Below, one piece after another: positions 1-8,095 of a DNA stretch of 32,000 bases; the stretch's first letter is position 1; every line of letters starts with the position of its first letter. The DNA comes from Sinorhizobium meliloti (lineage in GTDB: Bacteria > Pseudomonadota > Alphaproteobacteria > Rhizobiales > Rhizobiaceae): contig NZ_JAGIOS010000001.1 of NCBI RefSeq assembly GCF_017876815.1, positions 2,130,001-2,162,000 of the forward strand, written 5' to 3'. The notes below the pieces were generated by a model. It did not search any database. It saw only the letters and a list, made by a program, of their open reading frames with translations, and was not told the origin of the DNA. The translations under genes and the position numbers were made by a program.

Positions 1-804
1 TGGGCGATGGCCAGTCACGTAGCGCTTTCTTCCCTGATGGCCGTCTTTCCCTTTCTGATCTTCGGCACCGCGCTCGCCAGTTTCCTGGGCGCCGATCAGT
101 TCGCGCAGACGGCAGTCCATCTGATCTTCGACACCTGGCCGGAATCGATCGCCAAGCCGGTCGCCGACGAAGTCGTGCGCGTATTGACCATCCCGCGCGG
201 CAGCCTGCTTACGATCTCCGTTCTTGCTGCAGCCTATTTCGCCTCGAACGGTGTCGAAGCATTGAGGATCGCGCTCAATCGCGCCTACAGGGTTGCCGAA
301 AGCCGCTACTGGTATGTGACGCGGCTCGCGAGCCTCGGCTTCGTGCTCGGCGCCGTGCTCATCCTGGCCGCCCTCAGCATTCTTCTGGTCGCGGTGCCTC
401 TGGCGGTCCGCAATGCGGATCAGTGGTTCCCCTGGCTGGATGCGCTGATGGCGGCGGTGGACGATTGGGGCTTGCCGCTGACGCTGACCATGCTGACGGC
501 AGGCTTGCTCGTCGCCCATCTGTGGTTGCCGGCCGGCCACCGCAATGTCGTAGACGTGCTGCCCGGCATCTTCCTCACGCTCGTGCTGTGGTCCGTGGGC
601 GCCTACGCCTTCGCCTCCTATATCGCGAATTTTTCCAACTACGTCACGACCTATGCCGGGCTCGCTTCCATCATGATCGTCCTGGTCTTCCTCTACATGC
701 TTGGCGCGATCTTCATCATCGGTGCGGAAATCAACGCCGCCATCCTGAAATACAAGGTGAAGCTCATGGTCAGGCGCAGTTTTCAGGGAGGCCGAGGAGA
801 GTAA
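1..804 (+). CDS. YihY/BrkB-family inner-membrane protein (5' end upstream of the window)
   Basis: The frame is open from base 1 (track ORF 7..804). The protein is polytopic and hydrophobic, with a YihY-type C-terminal region (...GAIFIIGAEINAAILKYK). The sequence begins inside the first TM helix, so the true start is probably off-window. Confidence 0.8.
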   Translation, partial: WAMASHVALSSLMAVFPFLIFGTALASFLGADQFAQTAVHLIFDTWPESIAKPVADEVVRVLTIPRGSLLTISVLAAAYFASNGVEALRIALNRAYRVAESRYWYVTRLASLGFVLGAVLILAALSILLVAVPLAVRNADQWFPWLDALMAAVDDWGLPLTLTMLTAGLLVAHLWLPAGHRNVVDVLPGIFLTLVLWSVGAYAFASYIANFSNYVTTYAGLASIMIVLVFLYMLGAIFIIGAEINAAILKYKVKLMVRRSFQGGRGE

Positions 805-822
805 GAACGCGGATTCCTCTCC

Positions 823-1719
823 TCATCGCTCGCCAAGAACCATCGCCCTGACATCCGCAGGCCTGTGCCCGGCGGCTCGGAAGGCGGCAATGCCCGTGTC
901 GCTGTCGCTCTTCGACAGTTTCCGGCCGTCCGGTCCGAGCACGAGCCGATGATGGTGATAGACCGGCTGCGGCAGATCGAGGAGCCGCTGCAGCAGGCGA
1001 TGCACCGATGTCGCGTGGTAGAGGTCGCGGCCGCGCACGACGTGGGTGATGCCCTGCAGGGCATCGTCGACCACGACCGAGAGATGATAGCTCGACGGCG
1101 CATCCGAACGCGACAGGATGACATCGCCCCAGGCGGCCGGATCGGCGACGATCGACGTGGCTTCGCCCGATTGGCTCAACCCCGTTTCCCGCCACGTGAG
1201 TGGCTCGCCCGCGCACCGCACGGCCTCTCCCATGTCGAGACGCCAGGCATAGGGTCGGCCGCTCGCCAGGAGAGCAGCCTGCTCGTCCGGCGTGAAGCCG
1301 CGCTCGCGGCCGGGATAGAGCGGTGTTCCGTCCGGGTCGCGCGGCCACGCTTGCCCCTTTGCCTCCGCCGCGGCCACCGCCGCCCGTATTTCACCGCGCG
1401 TCATCACGGCGGGATAGACGAGACCCATCGCTTTCAAGCGCTCGAGCGCAGCGGCATAGACGCCGAGATGTTCGGATTGGCGCCGCACCGGCTCTTCCCA
1501 ATCGAGGCCGAGCCAGGCGAGGTCCTCGAAGATCGCGGCCTCGAATTCCGGCCGGCAGCGCGTCCGGTCGATATCCTCGATCCTCAACAGGAAACGGCCG
1601 CCCATGGCTGCCGCCATGTCGTGATTGAGGATCGCCGACAGGGCGTGGCCGAGATGCAGGAGACCGTTCGGACTCGGCGCGAAACGAAAAACCGGTTGTT
1701 CTGGTCGTGAAATCGGCAT
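823..1719 (-). CDS. gluQ: tRNA glutamyl-Q(34) synthetase (GluQRS, truncated GluRS paralog)
   Basis: Class I aaRS HIGH motif (SPNGLLHLGHALSA) and KMSKS-like motif (RKLSKSD). It is catalytic-domain-only length. I chose the start at the ATG at 1719 (MPISRPEQPVFRFAPSPNG); the longer track ORF extension to 1854 has no homology-like sequence. Confidence 0.85.
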   Translation of the reverse strand: MPISRPEQPVFRFAPSPNGLLHLGHALSAILNHDMAAAMGGRFLLRIEDIDRTRCRPEFEAAIFEDLAWLGLDWEEPVRRQSEHLGVYAAALERLKAMGLVYPAVMTRGEIRAAVAAAEAKGQAWPRDPDGTPLYPGRERGFTPDEQAALLASGRPYAWRLDMGEAVRCAGEPLTWRETGLSQSGEATSIVADPAAWGDVILSRSDAPSSYHLSVVVDDALQGITHVVRGRDLYHATSVHRLLQRLLDLPQPVYHHHRLVLGPDGRKLSKSDSDTGIAAFRAAGHRPADVRAMVLGER

Positions 1720-1871
1720 TCTTTTCCTTTGCCATGGAAGCGTTGTAAAGATCACCCGCTTTCTACAGGGCCGTGTGCGTGTCAGACGCAAGGGACGCTG
1801 CAGCACTTTGGTTTTGCTGCAAGTGTCCTTCAATCGGCGGCGATTTAAGGACACTTTCAGTGGGAGGATGC

Positions 1872-2519
1872 ATGCGGATTATCCGGACACACGAGGATAT
1901 AGAGGCCGGTCTTGCCGGTCTGGTGATGCTCGATGCCCGGCTCGAACACGTCATCGATAAGGCGGGGCCGGTACCCTTGAGGCGCACCGACCCCGGTTAT
2001 CGCGGCCTCGCCAACATAATCGTCTCCCAGATGGTTTCGAAGGCGAGCGCGGCGGCGATCTGGAACCGGATGGAGGCCTCGCTCGGCGAGATCACCGCAG
2101 ACGCGGTGCTTGCGCTCGACGACGACGATTGCCGACGCTTCGGTTTGTCCCGGGCCAAGGCCGATACGCTGAGAAGGGTCGCCGCTGCCGCGACCGCGGG
2201 CGAGATCGATCTCGACGCCATCTGCAACGAGGAAGCGGTTAAGGCAATTCACGAACTGACGGCGATCAAGGGTATCGGCCGCTGGACCGCCGAAGTCTAT
2301 CTGCTCTTCTGCGCCGGCCATCCGGATGTGTTCCCGGCCGGCGATGTCGCCCTGCAGAATGCCATCGGCCATGCGCTCGGGCTCGAACTGCGACCGACGG
2401 CAAGCGAGGTCGATTCGCTCGCGGGCGGCTGGTCGCCATGGCGCAGTGTCGCCGCGCGGCTATTTTGGGCCTATTATGCGCAGGAAATGCGCCGCGATGC
2501 GCTTCCCGTGACGCCCTGA
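1872..2519 (+). CDS. DNA-3-methyladenine glycosylase II family protein (HhH-GPD, AlkA-like)
   Basis: Helix-hairpin-helix IKGIGRWTAEVYLLF followed by the Asp-containing GDVAL motif. ATG at 1872 is preceded by GGGAGGA at 1862-1868. Confidence 0.8.
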   Translation: MRIIRTHEDIEAGLAGLVMLDARLEHVIDKAGPVPLRRTDPGYRGLANIIVSQMVSKASAAAIWNRMEASLGEITADAVLALDDDDCRRFGLSRAKADTLRRVAAAATAGEIDLDAICNEEAVKAIHELTAIKGIGRWTAEVYLLFCAGHPDVFPAGDVALQNAIGHALGLELRPTASEVDSLAGGWSPWRSVAARLFWAYYAQEMRRDALPVTP

Positions 2520-2556
2520 AGAAAAAAGCGGATCCTTTACTCCCTTTTCTTTGTGG

Positions 2557-2587
2557 CTTCACAATCCTGTCGCAACGCGCCTAATAT
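2557..2587 (+). promoter_or_regulatory. Candidate sigma-70 promoter for the HNH gene (CTTCAC-N18/19-CTAATAT)
   Basis: It resembles the rhizobial CTTGAC-N17-CTATAT consensus. If used, transcription would start downstream of the GTG at 2553, which favours the TTG-2625 start. Confidence 0.3.
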
Positions 2588-2624
2588 AGAAGAGGCAGAT
2601 GCCGAATCGCTCAGGAGAATACGC

Positions 2625-3182
2625 TTGACGATTGCAGTCTCACCTCAGGCCCTGCCGGCGCTCGTGTTGAACGCCGACTATAGGCCGCTGAGTTATTATC
2701 CCTTGTCGCTCTGGTCCTGGCAGGACGCGATCAAGGCGGTCTTTCTCGACCGTGTGACAATCCTCGCCGAATACGAACACTCCGTCTCGTCGCCGAGTTT
2801 CTCGATGCGGCTGCCGAGCGTCGTCTGCCTCAAGAGCTATGTCCAGCCGTCACGCCACCCGGCCTTTACCCGGTTCAACGTTTTCCTGCGGGATAAATTC
2901 GAGTGCCAGTACTGCGGCTCACCGGACGACCTGACCTTCGACCACGTGGTCCCGCGTGCCCATGGCGGCCAGACCACCTGGGAAAACGTCGTCGCCGCCT
3001 GTTCTCCGTGCAATCTGCGCAAGGGCAGCAAGCTGCCGAAGCAGGCAGGCATGTTCCCGCATCAGAAGCCCTATCATCCGACGGTCCAGGATCTGCACAA
3101 TAACGGCCGGCTTTTTCCGCCGAACCATCTGCACGACAGCTGGATGGACTATCTCTACTGGGATGTCGAGCTGCAGCCGTAA
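2625..3182 (+). CDS. HNH endonuclease (standalone)
   Basis: HNH motif CQYCG...DHVVPRAHGG...WENVVAACSPCNLRKG. I prefer the TTG start at 2625 because AGGAGA at 2613-2618 sits 6 nt upstream. The track ORF starts at GTG 2553, which has no SD. The stop at 3182 is certain. Confidence 0.8.
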   Translation: MTIAVSPQALPALVLNADYRPLSYYPLSLWSWQDAIKAVFLDRVTILAEYEHSVSSPSFSMRLPSVVCLKSYVQPSRHPAFTRFNVFLRDKFECQYCGSPDDLTFDHVVPRAHGGQTTWENVVAACSPCNLRKGSKLPKQAGMFPHQKPYHPTVQDLHNNGRLFPPNHLHDSWMDYLYWDVELQP

Positions 3183-3213
3183 GGGCGTCGGTGCCGCTGC
3201 CGGCGCTGCGGGC

Positions 3214-3723
3214 TTACGCCTTCAAGGCACCACGCAAAGCGATCGCTGCAAGAACGAGGCTCGCGATAACGTTCCAGCCTGCGAAAGAAAGCCCGAGCAC
3301 GCGCATTGCCGCGTCGCTGCAGGAAGGCGCGTGTTTGGCGTCGAGATCGCCGAGCAGGTCGCCGACGTCGGGAGAGATGCCCTGGGCCGTGGTGGCGCAG
3401 GTCGAGGGTCCTTCCCAGAAATGCCACTCCGCGCCGGCATGATAGACGCCGAGGCCGGCGCCGACCAGCATCAGCATGCCGACGGCGAGCAGCAGCGTGC
3501 GCGTGGTCCAGGCGGGCAGCTTCAGGACACTGGCGAGGATGGCGAGAACCCCGAGCGGTATGCCGTAATAATAGGGATCGCGCTGGAGCAGGCAGAGCGC
3601 GCAGGGTATGTAGCCACCGATGTGCTCGAAGCCGAGCGCCCCACCGACGGTCGCCACCATGCCGATCGTGACGAGCACGGCGCAAAGAAACTGCCGGCGC
3701 TGAGCAAACGAAGCCTCGATCAT
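3214..3723 (-). CDS. dsbB: Disulfide bond formation protein B (DsbB family)
   Basis: Four-TM protein with a CxxC pair (CALC) in loop 1 and a second Cys pair (STC...PSC) in the large loop. ATG at 3723 (MIEASFAQRRQF...). The upstream ORF extension to 4017 is non-coding-looking. Confidence 0.8.
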   Translation of the reverse strand: MIEASFAQRRQFLCAVLVTIGMVATVGGALGFEHIGGYIPCALCLLQRDPYYYGIPLGVLAILASVLKLPAWTTRTLLLAVGMLMLVGAGLGVYHAGAEWHFWEGPSTCATTAQGISPDVGDLLGDLDAKHAPSCSDAAMRVLGLSFAGWNVIASLVLAAIALRGALKA

Positions 3724-4041
3724 GCACACCTCTCGCCGCGCGCAGAGCGGCGAACATGTCGCCCGGGCGCCCGTTAAATCGAATTCCGGCTTCTTAAGCA
3801 GGATTGCTCCCTCTGTAAATCGCCTCGTGCGTTCAACCGCTTGCACGCTTTTGTGATCGGTCGGAGCGGGGCGGAGAAGAACGGAAGCGGGTTTGTACGC
3901 TTGCGGTTCCCAGGGGCGACCGATGCCGTTCGTGCCGCATCGGACCAAAATCATGCGATCGACGAAAATCGCAAACTTCGTGGTTGACCGGCGCGAAAAC
4001 GATCGTGTAAATCCCAAGCGCTGATATCACGCAAGCCTCTA

Positions 4042-4126
4042 GCCCCATTGGCGGAATTGGTAGACGCGCTCGACTCAAAATCGAGTTCCGAAAGGAGTGC
4101 TGGTTCGACTCCGGCATGGGGCACCA
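4042..4126 (+). tRNA. tRNA-Leu (anticodon CAA), CCA encoded
   Basis: Acceptor stem GCCCCAT (4042-4048) pairs with ATGGGGC (4116-4122). It is followed by discriminator A and CCA (4124-4126). Anticodon stem CTCGA/TCGAG flanks the loop CTCAAAA, with CAA at 4076-4078. There is a long variable arm and a GGTTCGACTCC T-arm. Confidence 0.95.
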
Positions 4127-4187
4127 TCCTGCTACCGCGACCTTTGCGCGTCTGTACGGAGAACGGCACAGACTTCGTGGAAGTGCT

Positions 4188-4670
4188 CTAACGGCGCTTG
4201 CCCTTGAGCGACAACACCAGCGTCATGGGATGGTTGGGTGAGCACTGGAAGCCGTAATGTTCGTAAAAGGCTTTCGCCTCGCCCGAGATGGCATGCACGA
4301 GCAAGCCCCGTATTCCCATGATGTCGGCCGCCTGCGAGGACCGCAGGACGGCATCTTGCAATAGCGCCGCGCCCAACCCTTTGCCCTGCCAGTCGCGGTC
4401 GATAGCAAGGCGACCGAGCACCGCCATCGGGATGGGATCCGGCATGTTGCGCCGGACAGAGCTCGGCGCGTCGGCCAGATCGAGGGCACCGGATGCAAGG
4501 CAGTAATAGCCGACCACGCGCCATTCTTCAGCGATAACATAGGTGCGCGACGCGCCACTGGCCTGATTAGCGTGCGCACGGCGGCGCAGCCAGTCATCGA
4601 GCGTGTCGTTGCCGCTCTGGAAGAGATCGAAGTCGTGGGCTTCACCAAGAGGCGTCGGCGCCGACAGCAT
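4188..4670 (-). CDS. GNAT-family acetyltransferase toxin (TacT/AtaT/KacT-like)
   Basis: 160 aa, with the acetyl-CoA motif WQGKGLGAALL. It lies immediately downstream of, and overlaps, a DUF1778 gene. The family architecture matches the aminoacyl-tRNA-acetylating type II toxins. Confidence 0.85.
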   Translation of the reverse strand: MLSAPTPLGEAHDFDLFQSGNDTLDDWLRRRAHANQASGASRTYVIAEEWRVVGYYCLASGALDLADAPSSVRRNMPDPIPMAVLGRLAIDRDWQGKGLGAALLQDAVLRSSQAADIMGIRGLLVHAISGEAKAFYEHYGFQCSPNHPMTLVLSLKGKRR

Positions 4671-4954
4671 CAGGACTGCCAGGGTTTCGGCGCATTCATC
4701 AGGCGTTCGAAGCCGTCGCCACTTGGCGGCTGGTCAAGAATGTCTAGGTAGTGCCGATAGCTGTGCTCATCGACCCGCACCAGCGTCTGATCGAGCAGCG
4801 TGTCTTCGGCCGCGCGGTAGGCTGCGTCGATCATAAAATCGGAGCGGGTCTTGCCGCGAATGCTCGCGGCGCGATCGATCACCTTGCGTATATCCTCTCG
4901 GATTCGCAGGTTGACGGGCTTCGCGTGGGTGTCAGTCGACGATTTCGTGGCCAT
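4670..4954 (-). CDS. DUF1778 ribbon-helix-helix antitoxin (TacA-like)
   Basis: 94 aa: KPVNLRIREDIRKVIDRAASIRGKTRSDFMIDAAYRAAEDTLLDQ. ATG at 4954 with AAGGAG 6 nt upstream. Its TGA stop overlaps the toxin ATG as TGATG (shared base 4670). Confidence 0.85.
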   Translation of the reverse strand: MATKSSTDTHAKPVNLRIREDIRKVIDRAASIRGKTRSDFMIDAAYRAAEDTLLDQTLVRVDEHSYRHYLDILDQPPSGDGFERLMNAPKPWQS

Positions 4955-4990
4955 GAAGGACTCCTTCCACGGCGCATGATAGCATATCCA

Positions 4991-5007
4991 GATACACAAT
5001 GTGTATC
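4991..5007. promoter_or_regulatory. Perfect 8-1-8 palindrome GATACACA-a-TGTGTATC, candidate TA operator
   Basis: Read directly from the sequence. It lies 37 nt upstream of the antitoxin ATG, in the only plausible promoter region of the pair. Confidence 0.55.
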
Positions 5008-5158
5008 CGCCCCGGCGAATTTTCGTGCGGGACGCTTCTGAAGCGCAGTGGAATCGTGATGAGGCCTGCGTCTGCTCCGCTTCCCCGTCGGCTGCCCCAT
5101 TGAATTCGCCCGCCCGCAAATGTTAGCTGCGTTGCAGCAATCTCAGTGCAGCAGGCCC

Positions 5159-6805
5159 ATGCTCCCGAAGATCGAAGACTACGACGAACTCTATCGCGAA
5201 TTCCGCTGGCGGATCCCTGAGAGGTTCAATATCGGCGTGGCCGTGAGCGACGCCTGGGCCGCGCGTGATCCGGAGCGCATCTGTCTTCAGCATTTCAGCC
5301 CGGACGGCGCGCATCTTGCGCTGACCTATGGCGACTTCGCCGCGCGTTCGTCCGCCTTTGCCGGCGGGCTTGCCGCGCATGACGTGAGCCCCGGCGAACG
5401 CGTCGCCATCCTGCTGCCGCAGGGTTTCGAGGCGGCGATCGCCCATGCGGCGATCTATAAACTCGGCGCCATCGCGCTGCCGCTGGCACTGCTCTTCGGC
5501 GTCGAGGCGCTTGCCTATCGGCTGAAGGATGCGGGCGCGGCAGCAGTCGTCACCAATCGCTTCGGCTATGAGCGGCTTGCGGCGATCCGCGGCGAGCTGC
5601 CGGAACTTCGTATGGTCGTCCTGGCCGAGGAGGACGAGAAGCCCGGCACGGTTCGTTTCCGCGATATCGCGGCAGGGCAGGGCCGCTTCGACCCCGCGGA
5701 GACGAAGCCGGACGATCCGGCGCTGATGATCTACACCTCGGGAACGACCGGACCGCCGAAGGGGGCCTTGCACGGGCACCGCGTGCTGCTCGGCCATCTG
5801 CCGGGATTTCAGTTCCATCATCATTTCCTGCCACAGCCGGGCGACCGCATGTGGACGCCCGCCGACTGGGCCTGGGCAGGCGGTCTCCTGAACGCTCTGC
5901 TGCCGTCGCTTTTCTTCGGTGTGCCCGTGGTTTCCTCGCCTGCGCAGAAATTCGATGCCCATACGGCGTTCCGGATCATCGAAGAGATGGAGGTGCGCAA
6001 CGCCTTCATCCCGCCGACGGCGCTCAGGCTCCTCAAATCCGTCGAGCGGCCGCGCGATCGCTGCGCGCTCAAGCTCCGCACCGTCGGTTCGGCGGGAGAG
6101 GCGCTCGGGCGGGAGACCTTCGAATGGGCCAGGGCGGCGCTCGGCGTCGAGGTGAGCGAATTCTACGGCCAGACGGAATGCAATATCGTCATCTCCTCTG
6201 CGACCGGTCTCGGCGTGGCGAAGGCCGGCTCGATGGGCAAGGCGGCACCGGGTCATCAGGTCGCGATCATCGACGGCGAGGGGCGGGTGCTGCCGCCCGG
6301 CACGGTCGGGCAGGTGGCGATCAGGCGTCCCGATCCGGTGATGTTCCTCGGCTATTGGCGCAACGAAGAGGCGACCGAGGCCAAGTTTATCGGCGACTGG
6401 ATGACCACCGGCGACCAGGGCGTCATGGACGAAGAGGGCTATTTCACCTTTTTCGGCCGTGACGACGACGTCATCACGTCGTCAGGCTATCGCATCGGTC
6501 CGAGCGAGATCGAGGATTGTCTCGCCGGGCACCCGGACGTCCAGCTCGCCGCGGCCGTCGGCAAACCGGACCCGCTCCGGACCGAGATCGTCAAGGCCTA
6601 TGTCGTGCTGAAACCCGGCGTCGCTGCCGGCGACGAGACCGCGGCAGGGATCCGCGACTGGGTGAAGAACAGGCTGTCGATGCATGAATATCCGCGCGAG
6701 ATCGCTTTCGTCGACAGCCTGCCTTTGACCACCTCGGGCAAGGTGATCCGCCGGCTTCTGCGGGAGAAGGCGGCGGCAGAGGCGCGCGCCGCGTCCGGCG
6801 GCTGA
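5159..6805 (+). CDS. AMP-dependent acyl-CoA synthetase/ligase
   Basis: AMP-binding motif IYTSGTTGPPKG, plus TGD and GRDDDVITSSGYRIGP motifs. The start is either ATG 5159 (MLPKIEDYDELY..., chosen) or ATG 5120; neither has a clear SD. Confidence 0.85.
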   Translation: MLPKIEDYDELYREFRWRIPERFNIGVAVSDAWAARDPERICLQHFSPDGAHLALTYGDFAARSSAFAGGLAAHDVSPGERVAILLPQGFEAAIAHAAIYKLGAIALPLALLFGVEALAYRLKDAGAAAVVTNRFGYERLAAIRGELPELRMVVLAEEDEKPGTVRFRDIAAGQGRFDPAETKPDDPALMIYTSGTTGPPKGALHGHRVLLGHLPGFQFHHHFLPQPGDRMWTPADWAWAGGLLNALLPSLFFGVPVVSSPAQKFDAHTAFRIIEEMEVRNAFIPPTALRLLKSVERPRDRCALKLRTVGSAGEALGRETFEWARAALGVEVSEFYGQTECNIVISSATGLGVAKAGSMGKAAPGHQVAIIDGEGRVLPPGTVGQVAIRRPDPVMFLGYWRNEEATEAKFIGDWMTTGDQGVMDEEGYFTFFGRDDDVITSSGYRIGPSEIEDCLAGHPDVQLAAAVGKPDPLRTEIVKAYVVLKPGVAAGDETAAGIRDWVKNRLSMHEYPREIAFVDSLPLTTSGKVIRRLLREKAAAEARAASGG

Positions 6806-6820
6806 CGGCCGGCTGCAAGA

Positions 6821-8092
6821 TCAGCGGCCTGCCAGCGCCCGGATCTTTTCACGCAGCAGCCGGGCCATGTTTCGGGTATTGCGATAAAGATGGAGCTGCG
6901 CGGCGACCTGGCGCACGTCGCGGTCGCGGTTCTGTGCCAGCCCGATCACGAGCGTGCCCATTTCCTCCCGCTCCTGCCACAGGCGGCTCATCACCGGATG
7001 ATCGGGCACCGCGCAGGAGTCGGAGCGGATGATATTGGCATCGTCGAGATGCCACTCCGTGAGCTCCGCGACAAGCAGCTTGCCCGGGGAGTATTTTGCG
7101 TAGCGCTCGTCATAGGCGGTCTTCCAGGCAAAGGCTTCGCCGGCCATCAGCAGAACGATGACGGTCGCGATCGCCTTGCCGTCCAGGTCGAGCGTGTGAA
7201 TGCGCACGCTGTCAGCCTCGGCGAGATTGTTTACCGCTTCCCTCGCGAAAGCGGCGCGGAACCGGTCCATGATCATGGCGCTGCGTTCGCGGCCTTTCCA
7301 GCCGGACGCTTCGAGGACCAGGAACTCCTCCATGCGCAGGCGGATCTCATCGGGTTGGCGCGCGACATTGTAAACCAGCGCCCCCTGCTTCGCGAGATTG
7401 TTCCACTGCCGCTTCAGCTCCCTCAGGTGCTGGGAGCTCACGGCCTCGCGCAAATAGGTGGGGCCGTCCAGCAGGCTTTCGAGCATCGGCCGGCTGAATG
7501 TATCCGTCACCGTCAGCGGCAGGTTTTCGCCGATCGCAACGGCACGGGCAAGCTGCGCAAATTTGCCGTTCAACCTGATATCCGGAAGCACGAGCACCGG
7601 CGGCAGGCCGGCGGAAGGTGCGGCCAGCGCTTCATAAAGATTGCTGATCGTTTCGGCCGCGTCCTCCGCATCGAGGAGAGGCGTGCCCAGCGGCCCGAAG
7701 GGATTGGACCAGGCGCGAATAATGGTCGCGCCGATCGAAAAACCCGGCTTTTCTATCGAGAACGGCATGAGAAAGCGGAGGCGGCTTCTCTGCTCGCTTT
7801 GGTCGCGGATGACCGCAAGCCGGATCACCCGATCCTCGAGGCGCGGCATGGCGGGCGCGAGAAAGCGCCCGGTAAAGAAGACGTTCTGCTCGATGGCGCG
7901 ATTGGAGAGAAAGTCGAGCTCCCGCTGCAGGTCGTATCCGGCTCTCGCCGGATAGACCGCGAGGTGCCGTCCGGGCCTTCCGACCATCAATGTCCGTTCG
8001 GACTGCAACGTATCGGGTCCGGATTGCGCGAGGCCGCCAAGCAGGCGGTTGGCGCTGCCGTTCACGTCTGCGGGAAGGACATTGCCGATCAT
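6821..8092 (-). CDS. GNAT-fold FemAB/CelD-like acyltransferase (BioF2-like acetyltransferase domain)
   Basis: 423 aa. The C-terminal region (FLVLEASGWKGRERSAM...KTAYDERYAKYSPGKLL) resembles the Acetyltransf_6/CelD family. This assignment is by recollection of the family, not by a search. Confidence 0.6.
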   Translation of the reverse strand: MIGNVLPADVNGSANRLLGGLAQSGPDTLQSERTLMVGRPGRHLAVYPARAGYDLQRELDFLSNRAIEQNVFFTGRFLAPAMPRLEDRVIRLAVIRDQSEQRSRLRFLMPFSIEKPGFSIGATIIRAWSNPFGPLGTPLLDAEDAAETISNLYEALAAPSAGLPPVLVLPDIRLNGKFAQLARAVAIGENLPLTVTDTFSRPMLESLLDGPTYLREAVSSQHLRELKRQWNNLAKQGALVYNVARQPDEIRLRMEEFLVLEASGWKGRERSAMIMDRFRAAFAREAVNNLAEADSVRIHTLDLDGKAIATVIVLLMAGEAFAWKTAYDERYAKYSPGKLLVAELTEWHLDDANIIRSDSCAVPDHPVMSRLWQEREEMGTLVIGLAQNRDRDVRQVAAQLHLYRNTRNMARLLREKIRALAGR

Positions 8093-8095
8093 GGC

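Noticed and set aside
5094-5102. GCCCCATTG, identical to the first 9 nt of tRNA-Leu, occurs at the far side of the TA cassette as a possible att-site duplication.
   Set aside because: Integrative elements duplicate the tRNA 3' end, not the 5' end. The match is only 9 nt and there is no integrase.
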